In this document: positions 11,501-25,273 of the stretch, in pieces
Position numbering within the stretch: the stretch's first letter is position 1
Layout of the letters: every line of letters begins with the position of its first letter
Assembly: GCA_004764695.1 (NCBI GenBank)
Contig: SMSO01000014.1
Span: 1,111,648-1,175,647 of the forward strand
DNA length: 64,000 nucleotides
Direction: 5' to 3'
Source: Schizochytrium sp. TIO01
Lineage: Eukaryota > Protista > Bigyra: Labyrinthulomycetes
Translations under genes and position numbers: made by a program
The notes under the pieces: model-generated
The model's database searches: none
The model's input: only the letters and a program-made list of their open reading frames with translations
What the model was told of the DNA's origin: nothing

Positions 11501-11820
11501 GAAGATGACGAAGCTACGGAGGCCAAGAAGAAGAAGAAGACGTCCCTGCGAGAATATGGTGTTGATGTTATAAAAATTGAGCAGGCTACTTACTGCCTTC
11601 GCTCAAGCGACTACCCGAAAGTCGAAAGTACTGATGGGTTTGTGAAGATCTCCGTATCGATTGAGACTAAGTTCACGTGGTCTTGTGGACGCCTTTGCAA
11701 TTTGGCGGTTCTATGCCGAAGGCCCTGTGTGCCGCTACCAAACGTCGTTCTCATTTGAGCAACTTATCCTGCGGCCACAATACTCCTCCCGTCCCTAGAC
11801 CGAGTGCCAATTTAGCCTGA
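11501..11820 (+). pseudogene. Degenerate SWIM zinc-finger-like fragment, possible Mutator-like transposase relic
   Basis: Frame after two stops reads EDDEATEAKKKKKTSLREYG...FTWSCGRLCNLAVLCR. A shifted frame continues ALCAA, together resembling CxC-x8-CxH-AL with one Cys mutated to Trp and the His lost at a frameshift. Confidence 0.3.
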
Positions 11821-14800
11821 CTCTGGACATTAGCTTTCCGGGTTGAGACGAGCCGCACGAATAAACCACCCTCAGCCAGCGAATGGTCTACAGCATGCTA
11901 TGTCTAAGCGGCGACTACATTCTCGTACTTGTTGGTCGCAATGCCAAGCGCCACACACGCTGCTCAAAGGCGACTATGTTTGAGATGTGATGAGATTTCG
12001 ATGTTTGTGTTACAAAGCGGTGTTACATGACTCCACCTTGAGAAACGAGTGGTTTCACAGTATTAGATCTCCATAGGGCTCGTTATTAGGAGACTAGGGC
12101 CCCACAGAAACTTTAAAATATGGTGTAATGCGGAGACAGGAAGCTGAATTGAGATCCACCAGCATCCACACGCGCCCGTAGGAGCACTTTCAATTACTCG
12201 CAAACCTGCAGACCTCCCGAAGGATGCTGCTTGCCAGTTGTCCAAATAGCCGAGCTTGTGAACTCGCGCTTTCACAGGCTAATGCGCTTCAAAGTTGTTA
12301 AACCTTAGCACGTTTAATTCTATAACATGTTGATATTTTAAAACAGAGGAGCTAAAAAAAGAAACAAAAACAAAAATTGTTTAGCCGAGTTTTGCGCTCA
12401 AATAAAAACTCTTCACGCGGTTCTCGGGAAATTTGAGAAGACTCAAACAGAGCGCAAAACTAATAGCTGGCATGAAGTTGTCTGAAAGCACGCTTGCGCC
12501 AAATCCGATCTCACCTAGTCTAGGAACACTTCTGATATTTCCCCAAATTACATTACTTTCTTTCCTTTTATTCTTTTTCTATTTGGTAAATAATTTTAAT
12601 TTTATATATTTTAAATAAAAGGTGTCTGGCATATGCATACATTCTAGACTTGAGAGTAATCACTTCCCGTCGTGAACTTTAGCTCAATGATCCAACGTCT
12701 TCAAAACAGGAGTGCCAGAGCTCGATATCGCTCATCACAAAAGCCAGCTCTTTGCAAACGTTCGCATAGACCGTCCTCAAAGCAAATCGATAAGCCTTTG
12801 AAAGTAGGAGTCCATTTTTTGGAGGAAAATAAAATTTTAATAGGTGTAAAGTGAGAGAGTCGAGAATACTTTGGCCGTCTTCTGAGCCAAGAACCTGCTT
12901 CATTATAGAATGCAAACACGTGCGATCAGCTGTCGAGAGGGAAATGCATGTATGCCAACATACAGACACTCGTGCTCTTTTCCGTTTTCGAAATGGCCAG
13001 GGCCATCATCGAAGAAGAGCAGCTTCAAGTTGTCTTCTTCACAGGTCAATGACGGAATTCATTTTTACATTATTACCTGTAAACACGCACTAAGTAGTTC
13101 CTACCTACCACCACACCTTTTTCCTTTCGCTCTCGCTTTCTACATGATGCCTAAACACACTCTTTCCAGAGAATAAATATACTGGCAACTTTACTGTGCA
13201 CTCGCAATAATCATACAGAGACTTCGCGTCTTGCGTCCTGGACATCCGTGCCTATGTAGAGTAGCTTCTTTTGGCCCTCCGCGTGCTGACTGATTCTGGC
13301 TCATCCTCGCAGTATCAAACCCTTTCTTTGTTATCTAGGTACTATACTCTAAAATCATTTCCTTTAAATAAAAAAAAATAGAATTAAAAATAAAATAAAA
13401 ATATATATATAATAGTCCTATAGAGTCCTAGAGAAATACGATTGATTCCACTATGACCTGGTCCTTTCGTTTTGATTGTAAAACAGTAAAGCGAGGACAT
13501 AGCTGGCCGTACAAAACCATAGTAGGTGTGGGTTCCCATGCAGTAATCCAAGACCACTTCGAATGTGTGTACTCAGTTCACCTATATAGTATTACTTATT
13601 TCGCATAAAAGATAAGCTAGGATATCATGCGCAAGGGTTGTGGGGTTAAGAAATAGGAGGAATTTTTTTCCTTGTAATTTTGCTGCCCTTCTCAGCAATA
13701 TTTTAGAAAAGAAGAATCTTGCACGCACAGCTCTGTGTAGAGATGGAAATGGGGCAAGACAATTGATTAAAGCCTCAACCCAATCAAGTATGTGAATCTA
13801 TTCACTGTCGGTTTCCTGCATGCCCGGCTTTCTCCCAGTTTCAACAGACAGTGCTAGTGATCATCAGCTGTCCGATTCGCCAAGTCGCGAGGTGATCATT
13901 TTTTTCCTTCTGAGGGTAAACACATGTTCTTCTGAGAAATTAGGATGAAGCCAAAACTGAACTACAACTACCGCGTACCTTCGGGATTCAGAACTTGCGA
14001 TGCTCAATCACCACTCAAGTTGATCGATCGATATACACTTAGCTCTGTCCGGAACTTTCACCATTGCCTCAAATGTATAGCGCCTCCTACATGTATAAAG
14101 ACACCTGGTACACTCCGTGGTAATTTCAGAACGAATAGCCTGCTCCATCGATTAATTTGCATTCAAAGTAGTACGTAGCCACTGGTGTGTTATCGCTGCT
14201 CTTGCTTGCGAGTTTGAGAAAGTAAGTAAAAGAGAGACCTCAGGCCAGGCGAGCAACCATCCTATAAGGTTTCTGCCGTCAACCATGGCGCTGCCTAGGG
14301 CCACGGGAACTGGGACGGGGTACTGCACAAAGCAAGCGAAAGGGAGAGCCCAAAAGGACATGGTGTTATTTTATTTATTTCTTTATTTATTTATTTATTT
14401 TCAAAGAAATATTGCAGAGCAGCCTTCGAGCTTCCAGTGAGGACATCCTGCTCTCATCCTATCATGAAGAATCGTCTTCCTTTAATTTAAAAAAAAAAAA
14501 AGTCTCGAAGTATATGTAATATTATTACCAAACTCAGAGATTGATGAGCTTTGTGTATATATTGATAATATTATGGTCTTGTTAAACACATGGGGTCTGG
14601 TATCTATAAACAAAGTGAGCAGCAAGGAAAACTTCCTCCTCAAAAAAAAAAAAAGAAATAGTCGGAAAAAAAAGAAAAAAAGTGATATTTCTAATTATCA
14701 AATTAAAATTTTAAATAAGAATTAAGTTCTAGGAATTGGAATTGTTGATCAATTCATGGAATACCTACTGATGAAGTAGAAAGTGAAGCATTCACTCCTC

Positions 14801-14845
14801 CACGCTGCCGAGAAACCAACGCACTCCGGCAAAACCACAATCCGG

Positions 14846-15757
14846 ATGCTTGGCCCACCGTCCCGGCGTTTGCTTCTAGCCCTTGTGCTACTCGTGGTGG
14901 CGGTGTCCGCAAATGCAGATCACATCGTGAGACCGCTACTCTTGAGGGAGCGCAGTATGGTTATGGCGCACGACGCTGGTACGACTTACCTCGAAGGGAA
15001 GTCTGTCGTGAATCACTGGGCAAAGACTCAGCCCAGCGGCGGGTTTGAGAAACTTTTGGACTGCGGTGCACGGGCTCTTGACGTTCGCTGTAAGGCACAT
15101 GGTAGAGAAGTCATCATGCATCATGGCGAGGTTCCTGTGCGTACAACACTAAGACAAGGAATTCTCGATGTGCAACGATGGACATCAAACAACCCTGGTG
15201 AGCTCGTCTATATGTACATCAGCCACGGCGAAGACGACATTGCAGATGATGTCGAGGCCATTCTTGCTGACACTGGTGTCAGTAAGCTCTCGTGCAAGGA
15301 AACTCTCTCGATTACGTACGAGGAAGCGCTCGCAAAAGGTCCTGTAATTGCCACAATTGGCTGCATGGAGGAGAATTATGATCCTGGGATTGTCTGTGAA
15401 GACGCAAATGGTCCTTGCTGGTGGCTCAAGCACACGGAAGAACGTATCGGCAAGCTCGTGGGGTACTTGAACTCCACAATACACTTCGCCGATAGACAGC
15501 CAACGTTATGGATGCTGCAAGCCCATTGGCAGTACGACTCCATCTCCATAGCGTTGGGAATCATTGAAGGATCGTCGATTCTTAAGGACAACGAGAAGAG
15601 CAAAATGAACTCAGCTGTTGCGAAGTTTCTCAAGGCTATCCCATCGGTTGTGCAAATCAACATTGTCGAGCTTGATAATGTCTGTGCATATGGCCCTGAT
15701 ATACATGAGTATTTTCTCGAGCGCAACCTTGCATTGGTGGCCGTCGCAGCGCTTTAA
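14846..15757 (+). CDS. Secreted PI-PLC X-domain-like (PLC-like phosphodiesterase) protein
   Basis: ATG at 14846 is followed by signal peptide RRLLLALVLLVVAVSANA. Motifs MAHDAGT, AKTQ, LDCGARALDVR, MHHG, NNPGELV, NIVELDN. Confidence 0.8.
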   Translation: MLGPPSRRLLLALVLLVVAVSANADHIVRPLLLRERSMVMAHDAGTTYLEGKSVVNHWAKTQPSGGFEKLLDCGARALDVRCKAHGREVIMHHGEVPVRTTLRQGILDVQRWTSNNPGELVYMYISHGEDDIADDVEAILADTGVSKLSCKETLSITYEEALAKGPVIATIGCMEENYDPGIVCEDANGPCWWLKHTEERIGKLVGYLNSTIHFADRQPTLWMLQAHWQYDSISIALGIIEGSSILKDNEKSKMNSAVAKFLKAIPSVVQINIVELDNVCAYGPDIHEYFLERNLALVAVAAL

Positions 15758-16916
15758 GAGCGTGTATATAAATATAATCTGTAAGACACCAATCATAAAA
15801 TGTACATCGATGCAACGCAAAGTAAAACTTAGTTTGCGAATACACTGGAAAGCAGAACAATACCGCTAAATCAAACTGCATCAAACCATATCAAGCATAC
15901 CACATGAAACCTATGAAACCAAATGAAACCAGATTCAGATTAATCAAATTGAGCTTAATCAAATTGAGCTTAATCGATGAAGAGTAGAGGCCGCTGTATC
16001 AATTGAACCGAGAACACTCCAAATCAAGCAAAATGAGTACCTAGTCGTTTAAAACTAATAAAAACGAAAATTCTCCCTTTTTGTCATGTAATTTTTTCAG
16101 TTGTTTTTTTAATTAAAAAATAAATAAAAACTTATTAATGCCTTAGACGCTAAAGGTGAAGGAAAGCAAGGGGGAAGAACTAAAAGGTACCTACAAGCGA
16201 AGATGCGATACGTACTCCGTATCTACCTACGTAGTAGACATCAGATACAGTGCAAGGGCCCCAAGTAGGTAGGGCTTCCGAAAGCTTAGGACCAACAGAC
16301 TTCTCTTTGTCCTTCATCCATCTCAAATATATTTTCAGAAGACAGTAGCTTTAGGTTCAATGTATTCATTTATTTTTCCAATCTTCAAGTTATCAATTCC
16401 TACTTGTTGGGGCTAGCAGATTCTCTCCTGCGCATACAAACGCACCAGGTAGGCCGTTTCTTTGTGATCACCAAACGGCAAAGGCTCCGCTGCGCCGAGT
16501 TCAGGCCAAATTCCTTTCCATGGAACGTGTTGCCTCTGATCAGTGAGTGTTCATTCTTATTGCATCATCGACAACGACTAACTAGAAAGGCCTTGAGGGT
16601 CAAAGCCAAGAGGAGGGAGGCCCTTGTCGAGTGGCAGAAATACGAAGCTACTGACCCACCTATGAACCAACTGATCTTCGCGCGGGTACCTAATAGCTCC
16701 TAGTAGCTGCCTTTTAGCTAGCTTCTAGTAGAGAGACGACTATGCTTCAGGGATACCAGCGTGGGTTCTTCACGGACCAGTGCAAGCGCAAATTGGCTGG
16801 AGGCTGGACAATGAATTCGCAAGGACTCTCTCTAAGACTTTTCTAACGCCGGGTCAATGGAAAACTCATGATCTGTTTATCTAACTATCTAGCTAGCTAG
16901 CTGGTACAACAATTAT

Positions 16917-19900
16917 CTATGCGCTCTGCATGCGTTGTTTGAGGAACTCCCAGAGCAGGAGCGACCCACTGGCATGCACGTTGAGGGAACGCGTAAGACC
17001 GAACTGAGGAATTTCAATGCAGTCATCCACAAGATTGAGCAAGTGAATGGGAACACCTTCTTTCTCCATACCCAGCAAGAAGCATACAGGTTGGTCCATG
17101 GGAAACTTGTAGTTCTCGATGGAAACACTTTCAGCAGCTTGCTCCAAAACAAGCACACGGTAGCCCTGAGCCTTACGGCTACGGATGTATTCTGCCAAAT
17201 CAGCATATGCCACCTCCTTAACTGGTACAAATTCTTCTGCAGAACATGCAATGCCAGGGAATCCACTATTTCTGTAAAAGCGAAGCTGAGAAATGGTGAT
17301 ATCTTCAAGACCAAAGAAATCAGTAGTACGAATAAGACCTGCTACGTTAGGCACTTTGCTCACAAGACTGGCCAGAAGTTCACCACTTCGCTTTAGAGAG
17401 ACTATCTCAGACCTGGCCGCCAAAGGTGCCGCCATTGCCTCTGGAAACGTTGCACAAAACAACTGAGTTTTCCCGTCCATAAAGATGCCACAATTTTCAC
17501 ACGAGGATGTGGTTTGCGACCATCGCTCGCCCCAAACTTGTAGCCTGGCTTGGAGCTCTTGCTTCATTAAGAATAACGGTTTGGCTAGCTCTTCCACATC
17601 ATGCCGGCGGACTTTTCCCATGGCCTTCTCGGATGTTTTCTGAGCATGCACGTTCTCAGCAACAAAATTGACCAAGCCTTCAGCAAGGGGGTTGTTAGAA
17701 AAATCTGCCCCCCAGGCTTCGCGCTGTGAAAGCATACACAATAGAGCTGGGCCAAGGGTCCGGATGCTCAAATTCTCTGATGCAGCCCACGAAACTGCTG
17801 ATTCTGACAGTTTGTCAATAAACTCTGGGTTAGCAACCCGAAGTTCAGAAATCTGTTGGTCTGTTGCGAAATGAACGCCACTCGTCAAAACATAGACATA
17901 GGAGAGCAGTTGCTCAAGATCATTACATTCTTGCATTTGTCTGAGAAGGCGTTGCATGAGTACGACTGGGTTTCGCTGCAACAAGGCAAGCAAAGCAGAC
18001 TCCAGGTTCCAGCGCAACTCCAACTCGTTCCGTAAGCCATCATAATCAGCTGTCATCATATCCTCAAAGAGTTTTGCAAGATCATTGCTTGCTACATTCC
18101 GCAAATTCAAACCCAATACAGAAAGGGCTCGCGTTGCACGTAGGCGATGGGCAATTGTTTCACGCCCACTTGCATGGGCTGTATCTTTCAGAAGAATTGC
18201 GAAGGCAAGAGCCCATCCAGGATTGTGATCAGCCACCCGGGTTAAAATTCCAGGCAAATGTATCGAAGAAAGCTAGCATCATCCATGTCAATAGAAAGCT
18301 TGTGAGCAGTTGCTTCAGAAGCATCTTCTTCTGAATCAGCTAGGATTGTCTCGAGGATCTCTTTGGTCCAACATTCTTCCTCGCGAGCATTGAAGACTGC
18401 CGAAAGCATCTGAAATCGACCTTTGTGAGGTGTGGTCGCCCATATGGACTGCAGGACAGTCTCTCGCAAAGATCTCACCCGCAAGAAATTGTCATATTCC
18501 TCAGCGGTGGTGCCAAATAAAAGAACAATTTTATCCTGAATATCTAGATTAGATCTTGCTACTTGCTCCGCAATTTTGATGCGATCTTCAACAAGGTAGT
18601 CTCGCTTAAAACAGGATTTCAAGGCATCAACAATAACCATTTTAGTTATCTCTGAATTTTTGTCCACTCCGGCCAATGCATGTAAAATATGCTCCACTGG
18701 CGCTTCCGTATCAGTATTACAAAAAATAGGAAGAGCGTACCATTTCATCGGATTATTGCTAGACTCAAACGCATGGCGCAGAATTTCCGCTTCTGTAGAC
18801 ATCCACTTGAGGTCTGATAAAGACGAAGAAGCGACACGCACTAAACTCCAAAATGCGGCTGAATCGGGTGTTTGGGTGTGTGCAACAGCAATTGTGCGCA
18901 GTAATGAGGAAGAGAATCGTATGGAGAAGTCGTCAAGCTTCTGATTTGCTGTTAGAGCGAAAGCTTGCATGATGCTTACGTTCGAGTTGTCTTCGGACCA
19001 TTGCAGTATTTTAAGGCATTCTTCGCTTGCAAACAGACTTGCTTGAAATGAACGAATCTCTTCATCATTTCCTTTTGTGAGCCCAAATTTGACAACAGGG
19101 GGCTAAAACTTCGTCAGCGACGCTCTGTTTGTCATCTGAAGACAGTTCGCTCCACAGTTTCACGAACTGCGAAAATAAAGACTGTCCTTGTACAGTGAAA
19201 ATAACGCTCATGAATAATCCGGCAGTGGCTTCGTTACTGAAAGACAAAGACGATTCATTAAGTATCGAAGACAATTTGCCAGCCCATTTTGTTGACCAAG
19301 CTGACCAGTTGTGGCCATTTTGAGCAAATGTATAGGATAGCTCGCCACAGAGGCCCATTTCTTCCTCGTTGACTTGGAAGGATTCCAAAGCAGTGCAAAA
19401 CAGCGCTTGGAGGCGCTGAATTGAAATGTTGAAGATCGGATGCCGCGTGATCACACAAAGAGGCTTTAATACATCGCGCACTAGTTCAAGCGTAGCATGA
19501 TTGAGAATAAGGTCGTCTTGTGGTCGCTTCGTGACGGCCTCTAGTAAAATTTCAGACGCCATAAATGTTTGGCTTTGTTTCAACGCCATGGCTGCGTGTT
19601 CGAGAAGTGCATGTGCATTGCTACGAGACGCGATTTTGCAAACAAAAGTCCTAAGGGACTTTTCAAATGAAGAACGCAAAACATGACCGAGATTGTCCAA
19701 ACTAATAACAAATTCGGTGAGGAAAACCGTCTCTGGTTGGAAAATACCTTCGCCGGGCACGAGATCAAGAAGGTTCAAAGAGCACTGCGCAGCAAACTCT
19801 GTGTTACGATGCTTCAGTGCACTCGAAAGTGCGATTCGAGCCCATGTCCACTCAAAGAGGGGGCCATCCCTAGCTGAAGCGGAAGGCACTTTGCTGGTCA

Positions 19901-20945
19901 AGAGTACCACTAATTGTTTCCACACTTTCCGAAGTGCCTGTACCTCCATTCCCTGCATACCTTTTAAAACATCAACGTATTGGCGCCAGCGTTTATCTGA
20001 ACTCGCTGAGGCACACATATCGAGAAGGAACAGTGCCTGGCGGTTTGCAATATTATTTTGGACTTCAAGTCCAGCGCGGATAGCCCTCCACACTTCAGCA
20101 TCAGAGCGCAGTCGTCCTAGGAGTCGCTCTTCGACGTGCCGCCGCCCTTCACATGCTGCAAAAACGAGAGTCAAGTTACGCAAAGACTCGAGTTCATCGG
20201 CATCATTCCAGAGCTTGTGGGCTACCTGGTCCAAAAAGCTTTGATCCGATAAGACCATCCCAAAGTTGCCACAGAGTCGAGGGAGAAGAATTCCAATACA
20301 ACCCGGGACAAAAACATTGTCTAAACAAAGACTTGCAACTTCGTCCAAGCATGCAGGGTGAAGTGATTTCACTCCACAGCAGCCGATCATTTCTGCAAGA
20401 AAGCGAAGACCAGCTTCGCCTTGCCCTTTAGGCGCAGATCTAAGTAAGCTGTTGATGTGCTTGATAACTAAATCTCGATTTGTAGATTTACAATTAGCAA
20501 AGCGTTCTGTGAGCCATCGTTCAAGTGCTGAGCCTCCCCATTTTGCTTCAACTTGACCTTTCGCAGACTCTAGGTCCTGATCCATGACCCTAAACAGGAG
20601 ATCCGCCACCAAGACGAGTTCCAATTCGTAGGTGCTCTCCTTCTCATTAGGATTCGTCGCAGCCTCTACGACAGCCATTGCGACAACTTCAAAGACCTTC
20701 ACCTCGGAAGTCCGCAAGACATTTTTGCACAGTTCGGACCTCAGACTTGCTCGAAATTCTTCAGGTTCAATTGCCGTGGAATTTGAGCCATGGACGTCTG
20801 CCTGGTACACAGCTTGCGGCCACGATTGACGCAGGGCCAGTGAGGCGAGCGCATCTAGGTTCACGCTCGAGTCTCCCTCAAGGCTATCACTGTTGAGGGA
20901 AAGTACCGCTGCTACTGCCTCTACAGCCCGTAAGAGAGCAGCCAT
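16917..20945 (-). CDS. TARBP1: tRNA (Gm18) 2'-O-methyltransferase Trm3/TARBP1; reading frame interrupted by two frameshifts
   Basis: C-terminal SpoU domain (ASLVSKVPNVAGLIRT, LEQ, LLGMEKEGVP, IEIPQFGLTRSLNVHASG). It is preceded by two helical-repeat ORFs (19065-20945, 18242-18970) that join via a +1 shift at ~19065-19102 and a -1 shift at ~18242-18272. Confidence 0.85.
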
Positions 20946-21386
20946 CTTGCTGAGAACGACCTTCGCAACGGATGCGCGTGGCCCTTCGTTGATTGAGCTT
21001 TTGCTTTGCTTTACATTGGTTTAGATCACCAATTGATTCCTCATCCTCCTCCTTACAATATTTGCATAAGGTTATCTATGTATTCCTTAATACCTTTCCG
21101 TATTTGGGAAAAATGGTTGTTTTGTGGTACTAGAGGTACACAGCGACCAAACGCAATAAGTTTCGTACAAAGAATGCTCAATGTACAAATGTTTCTCTCG
21201 AGATTTACTTATTCATATTGAGTATGTCATATCAGGCATTGGGCAGGGCATCAAAGCATGCCAATGAAAGTTGAGCACGATGTGTGTAAAATAATAGTTC
21301 AAGATTGCTTGTTTGTAGTCTAAAATATTATATGCGAAGTTTAAGGGCGGCGTGGCTTTGCTGAAGATGGCGAACTTGCTGCATGA

Positions 21387-23845
21387 CTACCTCCGCTGAG
21401 TTGAGGCTTTGGTTGCTTGTTTTTTCTTTGATGCGATTAATACAGATGACTTGGAGGTCCTAGGATCTAGGGATGTCCTGTTATCAGATTCATGTGTGTC
21501 CACTGGGGTTTTAGCCCACTGTGTACGGGCTGACGGCATGCCTCCAACACCCATGTTGGTAGCACGAGCAATTCTTGTTAAACCGTCAGCTGGGCGGCCA
21601 CCGTGGTACTGTTGATACTGCTGCAATCGCGAGGTAAGAATTTCGACTTGAACTTTGAGATCCTCTACTTTGCTTCCACTTTGCAGATAGAGACGCTCAA
21701 ATGCATCCCGCTCGGCAGACAAACTTTCCAGTTGAGCTTGAAGGTCCTGAATGCGTTGTTCTGCCCGGCCTTGTGGCACTTCAACCATTGCCTGAAGCTG
21801 GTGACGAAGGCGCGCAAGTTCAACCTCTTGGGTTTGACATTTATCTTTAAGAGCTTGCTCTCTTTTGGTCAATTTAGCTTTCTTCGGAGACTTCGCCACA
21901 ACACCCGTTGAAGATGAAGCAGCAAGGCGTGATATCCGTGAAGGTGGCGGAACAGACGACGCACGCCCAGACCTTGAATGTGACATGGAGGATTTGACAG
22001 AAGCTTTCTTCTTTGTATTTGTTGTCGTCGATCGAGTACTAGGAACACGAACAGATTCTGAAGTAGTACTGGCAGCTGAGCGTCTTGATGGCCGCTTCGG
22101 ACTCAGCGTGGAGCCACGACGTCGACGGTTTGACACTGGTGAAGACTTCAAGCTGGTGTAACGCTGCCCAATACTGGCTCGTGTTGGCCGGTGTAGAGAA
22201 GAGTTGAGGTCCACCGGCGCCGGACGCGATTTGAGAGTGACTACAGTCTTTTTGGCTTTTGTAACTGTCGGAGCAGCTGGCTTTCGCCTCACAGCATTTG
22301 TAGAAGAGGTATTGTTAAGTTTAGATTTCGTAGTAGTAGACTGAGTTTTGACTGTTCGTTTAGACACTTTAGCACCGACCGTTGCTTTTTTACGACGCAC
22401 AGGTTTTTCCTGGATTTGCGGCGCGTTGGAATCGTCGTAGTGGTTTTGATGTAGATCATGAAGATCAATGTGATCATTGTCCATAAGAAATGTTGCAGAT
22501 AGGCGTTCCTCATGCACACCAGGAGAATCCATTGGGTCGAAACTAAAGTGGCGAATTGTGTGATTAGTCAAACCCATGTTGGCTGCATGGTTAGCGTCGT
22601 CATGTGCATCAATTTGGAAATTTCGACGAGAGGGCTCTTCCTCCAATTCCTGAGTTCCATTTGCCAACTCTTCATTTTCGTCCTCGTCCTCATCCTCATT
22701 CTCTTTTTCTCGGTAGCCCCTACTTTCATAGTTGCCCTCGTCGTGGTGGTGGAGCGAATGAAGATCGTGCTGGCGCCCTCCATGTACACTAACCGCACCC
22801 TCACGTCCATGCAGATGCTCGGATTCCTTACTTCTATGTTGATGAGGAGGCGAGAAGGCGTTATCTTTACTTAACAGTTGCTCTGTAATTTCAGCATCGG
22901 CTGTTAGAGAGGATCCATTCAGTGTGCTATCGCCTGCCCACGTGTGATCTAGGCCACGCACATCAGCCAAAGAGGAATCGTTTCGCAGCGTGTGAGTCTC
23001 TGGTGATGGCAGATGCTTTTGGGAGTGCGAATCCGCTTGTCTCATCACTGAGAATTTGGAAGCGGGTGAACTGGCAAGTTTGTTTGCTTCTTCGCGCTTT
23101 GGTACAGGGCTAGGCGTTGTGATGTGAGAGCGGAGTTCGTTTACCCATCGCTGGCAAGTCTCTGGATTAGCAGCAAGGAATGCCCTGGTACTCTCTGCAG
23201 CACCTCTAGTCAGCAGGTCAAAACGACATGCAGTGCCTCCAAAAGATTGCACATCGACCACATCCTGAAGCTTCAGCTCCCAATGTCCGTCAGGGTGCTC
23301 ATGAATCGATGATTGTGATACATCTGCAGCTTCAGGATCTTCACTCTTGCTACTAACTTGCCCCCGTCTCAACACTGGTCCTCGACTTGCCAACACTGTT
23401 CCTGAATGTGTGCTGCGGAGCTCAACTCGGATTGCAGCCCATCCAAAGAGTCCATCTTTGCTCATAGTTTTGATCTTAAGGAGATCCGCAAGGATAAGAA
23501 AATCCGCTGCCGCCAAATCGGCGCGTTCTTTCCGAGCTCCATAATCTACGCCGGAGTCCGATTTCATTGTGTTCACATAGATCTCGCCCTCATTCTCCTC
23601 ACCATCATCTTCAGAGCCCCAATCTCTCGTCTGTCTGCGCTTTCTCCGTGTTTCATATCAACGATCTCTTCTTCTGCACCATCGTTATCTTCAACGCCAC
23701 CGAGGCGCGTCCCATTAAGAGACAGCTTCGACAAGCCGGCACCGTGACTATCGTCCTCCTCGGAGGCAAGGCGTCGCCGCGAGGACGGCGAGCGCGCGGG
23801 GCTGCTCCAGAGCTCGCTGGGAGCGCCGCCATGCAGCACGGACAT
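21387..23845 (-). CDS. PH-domain, low-complexity, C-terminal coiled-coil protein; probable 5' part 23573-23845 joined through a frameshift
   Basis: PH signature (WELKLQDVVDV...FDLLT...FLAANPETCQRWVNELR), Ser/Arg/Lys-rich middle, heptad coiled coil near the C-terminus. The main frame is open up to 23657 (YETRRKRRQTRDWGSEDDGEENEG) and overlaps the 90-aa ORF that starts at ATG 23845. Confidence 0.7.
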
Positions 23846-25273
23846 GATTGGGATCCTGTGGCGGTTGCGGTTCTAATCGACGTTTTCCTGCTTCTTAGTC
23901 TTCATCATACCTGCAGCTTTTTTTCATGATTAAAAGTACTATTATTAATTTATTTTTTAATGGGCGATTGACATGTCAGATAAAGGGCTACAACACAGAA
24001 AGGGAAATAAGGGACAAGGTAAAAAACGAAGCTAGTCAAAGAAGACAAAATAAAATCGACGGAAGAGAAATGGAGGCTATGGGACGATAGAAAAGAAAGA
24101 TGTCTCTGTTAGGGCACAAACATAAGATAAGATTTTCTGATGAATGGTTTGCCTTCTGAGCATTGGGAGGTGCTTTGTAACTACAACACAGACTTATGGC
24201 TTATTATTATTGCTGACGAGGAGGGATTGCAACTAGCTTCTATCAGTTCCACTTATGCTTTTCAGTATTTTGACAAAACCTGAAAAAATGAATTTGGATG
24301 CGATCATGAGCCCATCAACGCGCCCACTTTCGATAGCTTCTTCTGTAACAACTGCAAAACATACGGTTTCTAATTTCAAATGAAACGGACAATGTTTAAT
24401 TGTCTTGAGATAACCTTGCCAATAAGAAGGAATTAGTTTCGGCTTACACACTTGTCTGAGATCCTAATAGCAGAGACATTACTTTCCACCAAAGCCTCTT
24501 TTTGCTCCTGTTGTTTTCAGAATTCTGTTCACACTGCGCAATGACCTTATATTGCTGTGAAGCAGTCTGAGCCTGCGAGAAAATAAAGTTGATATGATAG
24601 AAGTAATCATATTTGATAAACTTTGTAGACGTCGAATTTGGGGGGGAGGAATAATTCATTTGGCGAGTGTAAGTTCAAGTTTTAGCTTCAACTGAAAAAA
24701 CTAATCTAAATTTTAGCAGACTTATTTGAGCGACGCATGTGGATCTAGTTACACGAGTTGCTTTATATGATTGAAGATCAGGAGTTTTGCTTTTGGTACG
24801 ATGCTGTGGGAAAACAGCTAGCTCTGACAGCCAGATGGAAAGTGTATCGAACAAATATTATAATGTTAGGTTCAAAATTGTGTGTTCCTTTGAACTAAGA
24901 AAAGACGAATGCGCGAAAAAATACTTCAACGAAATGGGCATTTACGAATGAAGATTAGATGGAGGGCCGTAATTAAAACATCAAAGTCAAAGTCAGCGTC
25001 AAAATTAAGTCAGAGTCTTATAAAAGACACGAAATATCGGCAACTATGCGGAGCATACCGCACCAAATCGTCGTCGTCATAGTATGAAACTGGAGTGGGA
25101 TGGACTAATTATGGGGCACCAGGCTAGCTGCATGAAAGGATAAAGTCACTATACTCGTACTTACAAAGATCCAACCCCATTAAATAACACGTCGTCCCCG
25201 AAGGATGCTCAGCTTGTTTCCTCCTTTCAAAGAAGAAATAGATAAGGCTTGGTCCTAAAGTAATACACTGTGC

